Shown here: in pieces, positions 45,101 through 55,629 of the stretch
Numbering within the stretch: position 1 is the stretch's first letter
How the letters are laid out: every line of letters starts with the position of its first letter
Assembly: GCA_963620785.1 (NCBI GenBank)
Contig: CAVFAT010000051.1
Location: 13,416-77,415 of the forward strand
Length of the DNA: 64,000 nt
Direction: 5' to 3'
Origin: Bacteroidaceae bacterium
Lineage (GTDB): Bacteria; Bacillota; Clostridia; Lachnospirales; Lachnospiraceae
Program-made: the position numbers and the translations under genes
Notes under the pieces: model-generated
The model's input: only the letters and a program-made list of their open reading frames with translations
The model's database searches: none
What the model was told of the DNA's origin: nothing

Positions 45101-48100
45101 TCGTCTTCTCCCTCCTTCTTTTCTTCGAAAGCCGCTTCTTCTCTCATTTTCTCAAGAACATCCTTCTTTTCCATGTTCTCCAGCTTTCTGTAATGAAAGC
45201 CCTCTATCTTTTCATCAAATCCGCAGAGACTTCGATAAGGGCAATAGGTGCAGCCATTTTTTTCTTTCTTCTCATAGGGTTCTGCTGCAATCCTTCCATC
45301 TGCAATCTCATTTCCCAGCTCAAGGACCTTTTTTTCAGCATGCCGGAGGATCCCTTTGAATTCTTCCTCAGAAATTACCGCTTGTGCGTTTCCGGAAACA
45401 GTTCCGTCCTTTTTCAGAGACAAACCGGATATCACATCAGAGCTGCCGCCTTCCTCCATGTAATGATCCATCGCTTCAATAACCGAAGCCTTATTGGACA
45501 GCAATCCCTTCATGGAAAGACTTTTTCGAATCTCCTTCTGCAGCTTCTCTTCATCCTCTTCCTCCAGCTCAATCATGGGATCTGTCATAGCATAATAGAA
45601 AATTCCGGCAGCAAGCAGACCTTCTCCCGGATTTCTTTTTTCTTCCATTTCCACTGCCGCATTCATATAAACCGGCAGCTGCATGGATAGACCATGATAA
45701 AAATCCTCCGGAATGAAATTTCTTTCTGAAGATTTATAATCCACAATACGAAGCAGCTTTTTTCCGTTCTCTTCTGCAAGATCCAAACGATCGATCACAC
45801 CGGTAAGAAGCATTCTTCTCTTCTTTTCCAAGAGCAGGGAAAGTTCAAAGCCCACTTCCTCCCTTTCCGGTTCGAAGCTGCCGGCCTTGATCTGCCTTGT
45901 TACGGTCAAAGCTGTTCTTCGAAAAACTCTCTTCAGCCTTTCTAAAAGTGCCTTCTCCGAAGCTTTGTCCAGATAAGTTCTTTCTGCCTGGGCATTCACT
46001 GCTGCTTCGATTGCAAAATCAGAAATTTCTACTGCCTCTTCCACTTTCAGCTCATGAAAGGAATGCCCCAGTTCCTTGACTCTGCCGGTATAGATCTGCA
46101 TTGCTGCATGCAAAAGGGTTCCGATTTCCATCGCCTCAAAGCCGGCAATCTCCCTTTCCTTTAACTGCAGGCCGTAGGCAGCAAAATGTGCAAAGGGACA
46201 GCTTGCATATTTTTCCAGCCTTGAAATACTGCCCTTCAGCATCTTTCCGTAGAGGCTTTCCGCCAGCTCCGAATCAATCATAAGATCTGCATTGCTGAGA
46301 AAAGCAGCATCCTCGATCTGTTCTGCCTTAGCTGACCATTCTTCCTTTTCTCCATACCACTTTTTCAGCATCTGAAGCCGGCCATCAATCTCTCCTCCTT
46401 CTGCCAGCTCCTTCCAGGCCTCCGCATAAGGAAGAAGGGATGATGCCGGTGTCAGATAAGAAGGACTTAATGTAATCTCCTTTATCTCCATGCCGGAAAA
46501 AAGCTTCAGAATCGCAGAGATCAGAAAAGATTTTCTCTGCGTCTTTCCGTCTGCACTCATACCGCTGTAGCTGATAGAGAGCATTTCCTCCGGTTTGGTC
46601 AGATTCAGATACAAATAGAAATTCTGCATCAGGGCCTGCTCTCTTGCACTATAGGCAAGCTCAAAGTCTGCATCCTTCAGACTCTTTCTCTCAAATTCGG
46701 ATAAAATGCCTCCTTCTGATGAAACAGCCGGCAGAACTCCGTCATTTGCACCCAGAAGGAAGAGCCCCTTGATATGGTTCAGCCTGGTTCGCTCAATATC
46801 GCCGATCAGAACCAAATCTCCCTGCTGGGGCGTCACCCTGAGACTGCTTGCTGCAAAGCCTGCTTCCAAAAGTTCCTTATATTCCTGGACATCAACGATC
46901 TGTTCCCCCAGCAGCTCTGTCAGTTTTTCAAGCACCTGCATCACCAGAGAATAGATCTGCTCCTCCTGACGGCTTCTGACAGGATCCTTTCTCTTCAAAA
47001 AGGCCTCCGCATTCTCCTGCAGTTTTTCCCCAGCCTGAATCTCAAGCAGGAAGTTGTAAAGACACAGGGTTTTGTCCTCTACCCTGCTGTCTTTTTTCAG
47101 CATTTCCTCCCGGAAAGGAGATAAATGATCCAGCACCCTCTTTCTGAGGGCATTGATCTCAGCTAGTTCCTCCTCTTCCAGTTTGAGCCGGTTTCTCTTC
47201 CAAGGCTTTTTCCACATAGAAAAGCCTCTGATCCCCGCAGAAAGCACATAGTTTTCCAGACGGTCTGTTTCGTCTTCCGAAAAAGGTGCATAACCGCATC
47301 GCAAATAGGCAAAAAGACTCCGATAAGAAAAATCATCCACAAGGATCTGCAGCAGACTGCGAATCAAATCCACAAAAGGATGAAAAAGGATCCTCTGGGT
47401 CTGATCCATAAAAACCGGAATGCCGAGCTCTGCAAACACCTCTCCCGCATATTCCTGATAAAGCTCCGGAGCGGCAGATACCACTGCAAAATCTCCATAG
47501 CTGTAGTCCCCGCTCAAGACCTTCTTCTTGATCTCTTCTGCTGCAAAACGAAGCTCCTCCAAAGGAGAAGAGAGACTGCAGATCCGGATCTGCCTGTCAA
47601 AAGGTGCCTGAGTCTCCGGCGTCTTTTTTATGTCAACTGTTCTCTGCCTTTTTCGGAAGAGATTCTGCTCCAGATGATATAAATACTCTGCCTTTCGAAA
47701 GCGAAACTGATTTCCCTTTCCGGGAAAAATCGGCTCATTAATCCGGGTACCGGTCTTCTCTGCCAGATCAGTCAGGCAGCGGATTGTATGCCTGCTCAGA
47801 TAGAAGAGATCCTCCATACTGCCTTCTCGCAGAAGATCCTCTCTCTCATCGATCGTAACTGTCACATAAAGTTCTGAAGAAACAGACATCAGCTCTTTCA
47901 GCAAAAGCAGCTGAATCGGCGTAAAGCCTGTAAATCCATCCAAAGCAATCACAGATCCTGCCAGCATCTCTGAATCTTTAGCAAGCTCTGCCACCTTTTC
48001 CAGCATTCCTTCCGAACTGGTATAATCCTCTCCAAGCAGATCCAGAAAATCCGTATAAAGTAAGCGGATATCCTCCAGCTTCATCTTCAGGCTCTGCTGT

Positions 48101-48540
48101 TCTGTCGCCTTGATCATCTCATCCAGATCCTCCGGCTTGAGATTGTACTGCATCAGCTCCGAAAGAAAGGATTTGATCTCATCGATAAAGCCCATTCTGG
48201 AAAGTCCGCCCTGCAGGCTTTTCAGCTCTGCCCGTCTCTTCTCGGCAATCCTTTTGAGCATAAAATTCTTGCCGGTATCATCCAGCACCTTTTTGATGCT
48301 GAGTCCGGCCTCTTCCATAAGGCGAATGGACAATCTCTGAAAACTGAGAATATCGATATTGCTCAGACTATGCCCCGGATGCAGTTCCACCAGATCCTTC
48401 TGTGTTTCCAGGGTAAACTGCTCCGGCACCAGAACCAGATACCTCTGATCCTGATGCCGGCCTGCTTCTTCAATCAAATGCTGATACAGATACTGTGTTT
48501 TTCCTCCGCCGGAATTGCCGGCAATCAATGTAAGTGACAT
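45097..48540 (-). CDS. addB: ATP-dependent helicase/deoxyribonuclease AddB
   Basis: 1147 aa. N-terminal GNSGGGKT and a C-terminal nuclease with Fe-S cysteines (…CTYCPYRSLCGF). Confidence 0.92.
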   Translation of the reverse strand: MSLTLIAGNSGGGKTQYLYQHLIEEAGRHQDQRYLVLVPEQFTLETQKDLVELHPGHSLSNIDILSFQRLSIRLMEEAGLSIKKVLDDTGKNFMLKRIAEKRRAELKSLQGGLSRMGFIDEIKSFLSELMQYNLKPEDLDEMIKATEQQSLKMKLEDIRLLYTDFLDLLGEDYTSSEGMLEKVAELAKDSEMLAGSVIALDGFTGFTPIQLLLLKELMSVSSELYVTVTIDEREDLLREGSMEDLFYLSRHTIRCLTDLAEKTGTRINEPIFPGKGNQFRFRKAEYLYHLEQNLFRKRQRTVDIKKTPETQAPFDRQIRICSLSSPLEELRFAAEEIKKKVLSGDYSYGDFAVVSAAPELYQEYAGEVFAELGIPVFMDQTQRILFHPFVDLIRSLLQILVDDFSYRSLFAYLRCGYAPFSEDETDRLENYVLSAGIRGFSMWKKPWKRNRLKLEEEELAEINALRKRVLDHLSPFREEMLKKDSRVEDKTLCLYNFLLEIQAGEKLQENAEAFLKRKDPVRSRQEEQIYSLVMQVLEKLTELLGEQIVDVQEYKELLEAGFAASSLRVTPQQGDLVLIGDIERTRLNHIKGLFLLGANDGVLPAVSSEGGILSEFERKSLKDADFELAYSAREQALMQNFYLYLNLTKPEEMLSISYSGMSADGKTQRKSFLISAILKLFSGMEIKEITLSPSYLTPASSLLPYAEAWKELAEGGEIDGRLQMLKKWYGEKEEWSAKAEQIEDAAFLSNADLMIDSELAESLYGKMLKGSISRLEKYASCPFAHFAAYGLQLKEREIAGFEAMEIGTLLHAAMQIYTGRVKELGHSFHELKVEEAVEISDFAIEAAVNAQAERTYLDKASEKALLERLKRVFRRTALTVTRQIKAGSFEPEREEVGFELSLLLEKKRRMLLTGVIDRLDLAEENGKKLLRIVDYKSSERNFIPEDFYHGLSMQLPVYMNAAVEMEEKRNPGEGLLAAGIFYYAMTDPMIELEEEDEEKLQKEIRKSLSMKGLLSNKASVIEAMDHYMEEGGSSDVISGLSLKKDGTVSGNAQAVISEEEFKGILRHAEKKVLELGNEIADGRIAAEPYEKKEKNGCTYCPYRSLCGFDEKIEGFHYRKLENMEKKDVLEKMREEAAFEEKKEGEDE

Positions 48541-48541
48541 C

Positions 48542-49468
48542 CTATATTCTTTCCTCTATCCAGGCAGCAATATCATTCCATACGACTTCCTTACCGATTT
48601 CATTATGAATCTCATGCCGCATATCCTTGTAGAGCTTAACGCTGCAGTCAGCCCGCTCCGTCTCCTTCAGCTTGCTGGCTACTTCCTGAATGCCTTCGCC
48701 CCAATTACCGACAGGATCCATATTTCCGCTTACCACATAAATCGGCAGATCTGCCTTTACCTTTTTGTACCAATCGTCCGAAGTAACAAATTCCAAAAGC
48801 TTCATCAGATCCAGATAAGCACTGGTTGTAAAGGAAAAGCCACAATATTCATCTGCATCATATTTTTCTACTACAGCTTCATCCCTGGTCAGCCAGGCAT
48901 TGGCTGACTTCACATTCTGATATCTTTTATTGTAGCTGCCAAACATCAGCATAGACAGGAGGGCGCTCTGGGATTTGCCTCCCCTCAGCCTTTTGACAAA
49001 TTTAGCCAGTTTCATTCCCATTCCAAGGGCACTGTTGGAGCCTGCCGTTCCACTTAAGATCAATCCCTGCAGCTCATCCGCATGGGAAGTTACATAAGCT
49101 CTTGAAATAAAGGAACCCATGCTGTGGCCATAGAGGAAAAGAGGAAGTTCCGGATAGGCTTCCTTCATGATCTTAGTCAGGCGGTACTCATCCTTCACCA
49201 GATCGATCCAGCCATCCTCCTCTGCAAAAAAGCCCAGATCCTGCGGTCCTCGGATAGAACCCTTGTGTCCCAGATGGTTATCTCCGTAAACCAAAAAACC
49301 CTTTTCTGTCAGGAATTCAATATAGGCTTCATATCGTTCAATATACTCGCACATACCGTGTACCAACTGGATCATGGCCTTTGGCTCCCCCTCCGGCTGA
49401 TAGACAAAATACTGAATCGTATTGACTCCGTTGCTGCTGGCAAAACTGCCTTCCTTCTTCTGATACAT
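48542..49468 (-). CDS. Alpha/beta hydrolase (lysophospholipase / monoacylglycerol-lipase-like)
   Basis: 308 aa. Nucleophile elbow GHSMGS. Confidence 0.8.
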   Translation of the reverse strand: MYQKKEGSFASSNGVNTIQYFVYQPEGEPKAMIQLVHGMCEYIERYEAYIEFLTEKGFLVYGDNHLGHKGSIRGPQDLGFFAEEDGWIDLVKDEYRLTKIMKEAYPELPLFLYGHSMGSFISRAYVTSHADELQGLILSGTAGSNSALGMGMKLAKFVKRLRGGKSQSALLSMLMFGSYNKRYQNVKSANAWLTRDEAVVEKYDADEYCGFSFTTSAYLDLMKLLEFVTSDDWYKKVKADLPIYVVSGNMDPVGNWGEGIQEVASKLKETERADCSVKLYKDMRHEIHNEIGKEVVWNDIAAWIEERI

Positions 49469-49490
49469 AAGTGTCCCCTTTCCTTACCCT

Positions 49491-50717
49491 TTAAAAATTG
49501 AAAATCAAAACATGACAGATTGGATCCTGAATGTATTTGATTGATGTAATTCCGGGACAGGGCCCGGTGATTTTTTGTTCCGTAATATAATACTGCAAAA
49601 CTTCCTGGAAGCTTTCTTCATTATTGAGCATAATCGAACAGCTGCTTTGATTCGAATAAGCCTGGGAAAGAATCTGGTCGATCGCTGCCGTATCCAGCTC
49701 CGTAAAATAGAGACCTTCATGCACATAATAACTGTCCTCATTCGAGAGGGTCTGCGGCAATTCAAAAGTCATATCCGCCTCATGGGTCTGATTCAGAAGT
49801 TCATTGCTGATACAAAAATATGCATAGTTTACATAATTTTGTTTTTCATTTTCCTCCTGTCCATCTAGAGAATAAGAGGCATTTCCCCAGGTCACATCTA
49901 CATTATACCAGTTTCCATCCAGATAAATCATATTCCAGGCATGAGATGATCCGGATGCATTTCCCGTTACAATAAAGGAAGGAATTCCAAGCAGCCTCAT
50001 CAGATACTGGTAGCCACTGGCATAGCCCTGACAAACGGTCTCTTCATAAAGAAAGGTGCTGATGATATTCTGGTTCTGCTCTGCCCCCTCCCGATAGGAA
50101 ACCTCTTCGATCATGGTCTCAAAAAGGGTAAGTGCTTTCTCATAATCTGTCATCTCATCCGTAATTTTTGACAGATATAGGGAGTTTACGATTTCATTAA
50201 TAGAAGCCTCATAAGCACTTCTCTCTTCTGAAGACATGGTATAGTTGGGCTTGAATTCCAGGGATAGAAGCTCTCCATCTGCATTCGTATATTCTACATA
50301 GGAATAGCCGCTCACATAAAAAAGATCTCCCCTGTCACTCGTAAGTGCCAAAAAGGCCTGCTCCATAATATCCTTGTCCAAGGTTGTCAGTGTCACGGAT
50401 TCCTGATTATTTTCGATACAGCCCAGAATCTGCCGATAAGCCAGCTGGGCCTCCTCAGAAATATGAGAATAGCCATAGGCAAGTGCATCCGCTTCACTAA
50501 GCTGTGCTTCTTCACTGTCTTCTTCCCTGCTTTCTCCGCTGTCCTTCGTCTCTTTGCTGCTCTCTTCTGTCTCACTTCCGCTTTTTTCTGCAATCTGCTC
50601 CGCAATCCTGTCCAAAAAAGAAATCTCAAAGCTGCAGCCGCTCAGAAAAAGACAAAAGAGCAGAGCCGGCAAAAGAAGCAGTCTCCGTCGGCTTTGCTTT
50701 TTATTCTTCAAAGGCAA
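49491..50717 (-). CDS. Transglutaminase-like domain lipoprotein
   Basis: 408 aa. Lipobox LSGC and an acidic linker. The core CQGYASGY…HAWNMIYLDGNWYNVDVTW carries a Cys-His-Asp triad pattern. Confidence 0.8.
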   Translation of the reverse strand: MPLKNKKQSRRRLLLLPALLFCLFLSGCSFEISFLDRIAEQIAEKSGSETEESSKETKDSGESREEDSEEAQLSEADALAYGYSHISEEAQLAYRQILGCIENNQESVTLTTLDKDIMEQAFLALTSDRGDLFYVSGYSYVEYTNADGELLSLEFKPNYTMSSEERSAYEASINEIVNSLYLSKITDEMTDYEKALTLFETMIEEVSYREGAEQNQNIISTFLYEETVCQGYASGYQYLMRLLGIPSFIVTGNASGSSHAWNMIYLDGNWYNVDVTWGNASYSLDGQEENEKQNYVNYAYFCISNELLNQTHEADMTFELPQTLSNEDSYYVHEGLYFTELDTAAIDQILSQAYSNQSSCSIMLNNEESFQEVLQYYITEQKITGPCPGITSIKYIQDPICHVLIFNF

Positions 50718-51210
50718 TCTCCTCTTTGATCAAAAATTTCTTCAGATACTGATCCCAAAGCTTTTCTGTATCCTTTTCCATACTGAAGCTTCGGTAGGAT
50801 ACCCCGGTGACCAGACTGAGTCCCTGACTGTCAAAACGGATATTCAAAAGAAAGCAGTCTATCTGTGACGCTTCTGCCGCAAAGCCATTCTCAGTCCTTT
50901 CTGCAAGCTTCTCTGCCGACAGGGAGAGGGTCATCCGGATCCTCTGCGGTGTTTCCTTTCCTCTGATATGCGTCAAAAGAAGAGGGCGCATCTCCCGATA
51001 GGAAAGATATTCTGATGAATCTCCTTCCCTCTTCTTTTCTTCCGCATCCTCCTCAGAATTTCTTTCCCTGGGATGATTTCTTTTTCCCTCGAGCGTAAGC
51101 GTATATTCCTTTACGATCACCGCCTCCACCAAATCCATCCAGTCAAAACTGCTTTTGATGAAAAGATGATTCATAAAGTCTTTGATATTTTTTATCTGCA
51201 GTCCGATCAA
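50701..51210 (-). CDS. Conserved hypothetical protein (169 aa)
   Basis: Tightly packed between the clpX-like and transglutaminase-like genes, with a 17-nt overlap downstream. No motif recognised. Confidence 0.5.
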   Translation of the reverse strand: MIGLQIKNIKDFMNHLFIKSSFDWMDLVEAVIVKEYTLTLEGKRNHPRERNSEEDAEEKKREGDSSEYLSYREMRPLLLTHIRGKETPQRIRMTLSLSAEKLAERTENGFAAEASQIDCFLLNIRFDSQGLSLVTGVSYRSFSMEKDTEKLWDQYLKKFLIKEEIAFEE

Positions 51211-51213
51211 TGC

Positions 51214-52623
51214 TTATTCTCCTGCCCGCTTATCTTCCAGTTTCGGTGCAGATCTCATGATAATCTGAGGTGCACCCTTTCCCTTGATATAGTCCTCCGT
51301 GATGATCACCTGACCGATATTGTCATCTTTTGGAATCTCATACATGATATCCAGCATAAACTCTTCAATGATGGCACGAAGTGCTCTGGCTCCGGTATCT
51401 TTCTCCTGCGCTCTCTCTGCAATCGCCCGAATTGCGCCTTCATCAAAATCCAGCTTCACCTCATCCAAAGCCAAAAGCTTCTGATACTGCTTCAAAATCG
51501 CATTTTTCGGATCTGTCAGAATATGCATCAGCATTTCCGTCGTCAGCTTTTCCATGGAGAATAGAATTGGCAATCTGCCCAAAAATTCCGGAATCATGCC
51601 GAATTTGCGCACATCCTCTACCTTTACCTTCTGCAGAAGATTCTCATCATCATCGTATTTATCCTTGAGATCTGCCTTAAAGCCAATAGAAGATTCCTTA
51701 TTCAGGCGCTCCTTGATAATTTCCTCAATATCCGGAAAGGCTCCGCCGCAGATAAAAAGAATATTTTTGGTATTAATGGTCGTCATCGGGACCATGGCAT
51801 TCTTACTGGTTGCGCCAACCGGAACCTCAATATCAGCTCCCTCCAAAAGCTTCAGCATACCCTGCTGCACGGATTCTCCGCTGACATCCCTCTGGTTGGT
51901 ATTTTTCTTCTTGGCAATCTTATCGATCTCATCGATGAAAACGATTCCGCACTCGGCCCGGTCAACATCATTATCTGCCGCAGACAGCAGCTTGGAGAGA
52001 ACTGACTCAATATCATCTCCGATATAGCCGGCCTCTGTAAGAGAGGTTGCATCCGCGATTGCAAGAGGAACATCCAGAAGTCTGGCCATGGTTTTGACCA
52101 GATAGGTCTTTCCGCAGCCGGTCGGTCCGATCATCAGCATATTGGATTTCTCGATCTCGATCTCATCCATGCTGCCGCTTGCCACTCTCTTATAATGATT
52201 GTAAACCGCAACTGACATGATTTTCTTTGCCTGATCCTGGCCGACAACATATTCATCCAGGTAGGCCTTAATCTTATGCGGTGCCGGAATCTTATTGATA
52301 TCGATAACCGGTTCCGGCGCCTCTCCTTCCTTTTGCGCCGCTCTCTTTTTGATCTTCTGCTCCTTCGGCATTTCCATGTGCATCAGATCCTCCGGATTCA
52401 TGAAATTCATATTCGGCATGGAACCGTCTCTCATGATCCGATCCAGGTCCAGTCCGGAATGATTCATCATATCAAAGGATTTCTGCATACAATCGGTACA
52501 GATATTGATCCCGTTTGTAAGGGTCATCATCTTTCCCGTAACGCTCTCCGGCCTGTGACACATGGAGCAAAAAAGTTCATATTCATCCTTATTATTGTTC
52601 TGATTATTATTTTCACTCATCAT
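51214..52623 (-). CDS. clpX: ClpX-type AAA+ unfoldase with a long N-terminal linker
   Basis: 469 aa. Zinc-binding CSMC…CTDC, Walker A GPTGCGKT, pore loop GYIG and an IGF loop (SSIGFKA). No clpP is adjacent. Confidence 0.85.
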   Translation of the reverse strand: MMSENNNQNNNKDEYELFCSMCHRPESVTGKMMTLTNGINICTDCMQKSFDMMNHSGLDLDRIMRDGSMPNMNFMNPEDLMHMEMPKEQKIKKRAAQKEGEAPEPVIDINKIPAPHKIKAYLDEYVVGQDQAKKIMSVAVYNHYKRVASGSMDEIEIEKSNMLMIGPTGCGKTYLVKTMARLLDVPLAIADATSLTEAGYIGDDIESVLSKLLSAADNDVDRAECGIVFIDEIDKIAKKKNTNQRDVSGESVQQGMLKLLEGADIEVPVGATSKNAMVPMTTINTKNILFICGGAFPDIEEIIKERLNKESSIGFKADLKDKYDDDENLLQKVKVEDVRKFGMIPEFLGRLPILFSMEKLTTEMLMHILTDPKNAILKQYQKLLALDEVKLDFDEGAIRAIAERAQEKDTGARALRAIIEEFMLDIMYEIPKDDNIGQVIITEDYIKGKGAPQIIMRSAPKLEDKRAGE

Positions 52624-52702
52624 ATATACCTATACCGGCATAGCTTATGCCATGCCGGTATTTCCTTTCAAACGAGCAGACAAGGACTGCTCTGCTTTTC
52701 TA

Positions 52703-54139
52703 TTATTCGCCCAGGATCTCCATCAGAATCTTATTCACTGTTCCCGGATTTGCCTTACCCTGGGTTGCCTTCATTGTCTGTCCGACAATGGCACCGAGTG
52801 CCTTCTTCTTGCCATTGTTATAATCCTCAATCGCCTTCGGATTCTTGGCAATCATTTCCTCTACAATTGCACGCAGCTCACCCTCATCGCTTACGCTCTT
52901 CAGGCCATGCTCCTCTACATACTGCTTCGGATCAATATCATTCTTAAAGATTTCTTCAAATACTTCCTTCGCAACCGTATTGTTGATGCTTCCATCCTCT
53001 GCAAGATCGATCAGATCTGCAAGATGAATCGGTGAGAAAGGAATCTGATCCTGCTCTAAGCTGTTTTCCTTCTGAAGACGAAGGGTCTCTCCCATAAGCC
53101 AGTTGGAAACCTTCTTAGGCTTGCCGCAGATTTTTGTGGTTGCCTCAAAGAAGTCTGCCATTTTCTTGGAAGAAGTGATAATCTGCGCATCATAAGCAGG
53201 AATATCATAATCCTTCTCGTATCTTGCCAGTTTCTCTTCCTGCAGCTCAGGCTGACGGGAACGGATTTCCTCCAGAAATTCGTCTGATACCACGATCGGA
53301 ACCAGATCCGGATCCGGGAAATAACGGTAATCCTGTGCATCCTCTTTGGAACGCATCGGACGGGAAGATTCTTTATTGTCATCCCAACGTCTGGTTTCCT
53401 GAATGACCTCTCTGCCCTCTTCCAAAAGCTCGATCTGTCTTTCTCTTTCTCCCTCAATGGCATGCTGAATTGCCTTAAAGGAGTTGATATTCTTCATCTC
53501 TGTTCTGGTACCGAACTTCTCTGATCCGACTTCTCTTACAGAAAGGTTTACATCCGCACGCATGGATCCTTCATTCAGCTTACAATCGGATGCTCCCAGA
53601 TACTGGATGGTCATTCTCAGCTTCTCAAGGTAGGCAATTACTTCCTCAGCAGAACGCATATCCGGCTCTGATACAATCTCGATCAAGGGCACGCCGGAAC
53701 GGTTGTAATCAACCAGTGAGGTATCATCCCAATCATCATGCACCAGCTTACCGGCATCCTCTTCCATGTGAATCTCATGAATACGAATGTCCTTCTTGCC
53801 GCCGGCTGTATCAATTGTTACATGACCGTTTCTGCAGATCGGCAGATAGAGCTGGGAAATCTGATAGTTCTGTGGGTTATCCGGATAGAAATAATTCTTT
53901 CTGTCAAATTTAGAAAATCTGGTGATCTCGCAGTTGGTTGCAAGTCCTACTGCAACAGCATATTCCAAAACCTTCTTATTCAGAACCGGAAGGGATCCCG
54001 GCATACCTGTACAAACGGGGCAGGTATGGGTATTGGGTGCTCCTCCGAATTCGGTAGAACAAGAGCAGAAAATCTTTGTTTTTGTTGCCAGTTCTACATG
54101 GACTTCCAGTCCAATGACTGTTTCGTACTGTTTACTCAT
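52703..54139 (-). CDS. gatB: Asp/Glu-tRNA(Asn/Gln) amidotransferase subunit B
   Basis: 478 aa. N-terminus YETVIGLEVHVEL…. Follows gatC and gatA. Confidence 0.96.
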   Translation of the reverse strand: MSKQYETVIGLEVHVELATKTKIFCSCSTEFGGAPNTHTCPVCTGMPGSLPVLNKKVLEYAVAVGLATNCEITRFSKFDRKNYFYPDNPQNYQISQLYLPICRNGHVTIDTAGGKKDIRIHEIHMEEDAGKLVHDDWDDTSLVDYNRSGVPLIEIVSEPDMRSAEEVIAYLEKLRMTIQYLGASDCKLNEGSMRADVNLSVREVGSEKFGTRTEMKNINSFKAIQHAIEGERERQIELLEEGREVIQETRRWDDNKESSRPMRSKEDAQDYRYFPDPDLVPIVVSDEFLEEIRSRQPELQEEKLARYEKDYDIPAYDAQIITSSKKMADFFEATTKICGKPKKVSNWLMGETLRLQKENSLEQDQIPFSPIHLADLIDLAEDGSINNTVAKEVFEEIFKNDIDPKQYVEEHGLKSVSDEGELRAIVEEMIAKNPKAIEDYNNGKKKALGAIVGQTMKATQGKANPGTVNKILMEILGE

Positions 54140-54157
54140 GATCTTTCTCCTCCCTTC

Positions 54158-55618
54158 CTACTTCAAAATCGGGCAAGCTGCAAGGCTTCTGCTCTGCTCA
54201 AAAGCATAACCAGCACGCAGAATATTGTTTTCTTTAAAGGTATCACCAATAAACTGAACACCAATCGGAAGTCCCTTGGAATCCAGTCCGCAGGGAACTG
54301 TAAGACCCGGAAGACCTGCCAGATTGATGGATACCGTATAAATATCACTCAGATACATCTGGATCGGATCGCTCAGGGATTCTCCCAGCTTGGGTGCTGT
54401 TGTCGGTGCAGCCGGAGCCAGAATGACATCATATTTTGCAAAAGCCTTATCAAACTCCTGCTTGATCAAAGCCTTGGTTCGAAGTGCCTTCAGATAATAA
54501 GCATCGTAGTAACCGGAGCTTAAAACAAAGGAACCCAGCATGATACGACGTTTTACTTCTGTACCGAAGCCCTCTGATCTGGTCTTCTTGTACATATTAT
54601 GTAAACCTTCATACTCTTCTGTCCGATAGCCGTATTTCACACCATCAAAACGCTCCAGGTTGGAACTTGCCTCAGCGCAGGCAATGACGTAATAAGCCGG
54701 GATCGCATATTCTACAAGTCCTAGATCAAATTCTTCTACAATGGCGCCCATAGACTTCAATGTCTCGGCAGCCTCGAAGATACTTGCCTTTACCTCAGGA
54801 TCCAGACCATCTCCAAAATAATCCTTGGGAAGTCCTACTTTCAGTCCCTTTACCTCTCCTGTCAGAGCAGCTGTAAAATTGTAGCTCTCTCTTGCGATAG
54901 AAGTAGAATCCTTCTGATCATAGCTTGCGATCGTCTCCAAAACAGCCGCACAGTCACGAACGTCCTTGGCAATCGGTCCGATCTGGTCAAGAGAAGAACC
55001 GTAAGCGATCAAACCATATCGAGATACGGTACCATAAGTCGGCTTAATACCGGTTACGCCGCAATAGGAACTTGGCTGACGGATGGATCCGCCTGTATCA
55101 GAACCCAGGGCATAGGGTACTTCCTCTGCTGCAACTGCCGCACAGGAACCGCCTGAAGAACCGCCCGGTACATGCTCTGTATTCCAGGGATTCTTTGTTT
55201 CGCCAAAATAGGAGGTCTCTGTTGTACTTCCCATGGCAAACTCGTCCATATTTGTTTTGCCCAGGATCACTGCTCCCGCATCGATCAGATTCTGAACTGC
55301 CGTTGCCGTAAAGGTAGGCTTAAAATTCTCCAGAATCTTAGAGCTGCAGGTAGTTTCTACGCCTGCGATACACATATTATCCTTGATTGCAACCGGAACA
55401 CCGGCCAAAGGACCACTGATCTCACCTGCATCCAGCTTTTTCTGTACTTCATCTGCATGTGCAAGCGCGCCTTCTGCATTGTAGCTTACAAAAGCATTGA
55501 TCTTTCCTTCTGTTTTTTCAATCTGATCTAAAGAAGCCTGTGTTGCTTCACGAACAGAAATTTCCTTCGCCTTAATTTTCTCTCCGAGAGAAACAGCTGT
55601 CATATTTAAAATATCCAT
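54158..55618 (-). CDS. gatA: Asp/Glu-tRNA(Asn/Gln) amidotransferase subunit A
   Basis: 486 aa. Amidase signature GGSSGGSCAAVA. Confidence 0.96.
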   Translation of the reverse strand: MDILNMTAVSLGEKIKAKEISVREATQASLDQIEKTEGKINAFVSYNAEGALAHADEVQKKLDAGEISGPLAGVPVAIKDNMCIAGVETTCSSKILENFKPTFTATAVQNLIDAGAVILGKTNMDEFAMGSTTETSYFGETKNPWNTEHVPGGSSGGSCAAVAAEEVPYALGSDTGGSIRQPSSYCGVTGIKPTYGTVSRYGLIAYGSSLDQIGPIAKDVRDCAAVLETIASYDQKDSTSIARESYNFTAALTGEVKGLKVGLPKDYFGDGLDPEVKASIFEAAETLKSMGAIVEEFDLGLVEYAIPAYYVIACAEASSNLERFDGVKYGYRTEEYEGLHNMYKKTRSEGFGTEVKRRIMLGSFVLSSGYYDAYYLKALRTKALIKQEFDKAFAKYDVILAPAAPTTAPKLGESLSDPIQMYLSDIYTVSINLAGLPGLTVPCGLDSKGLPIGVQFIGDTFKENNILRAGYAFEQSRSLAACPILK

Positions 55619-55629
55619 CCCATTCCTCC

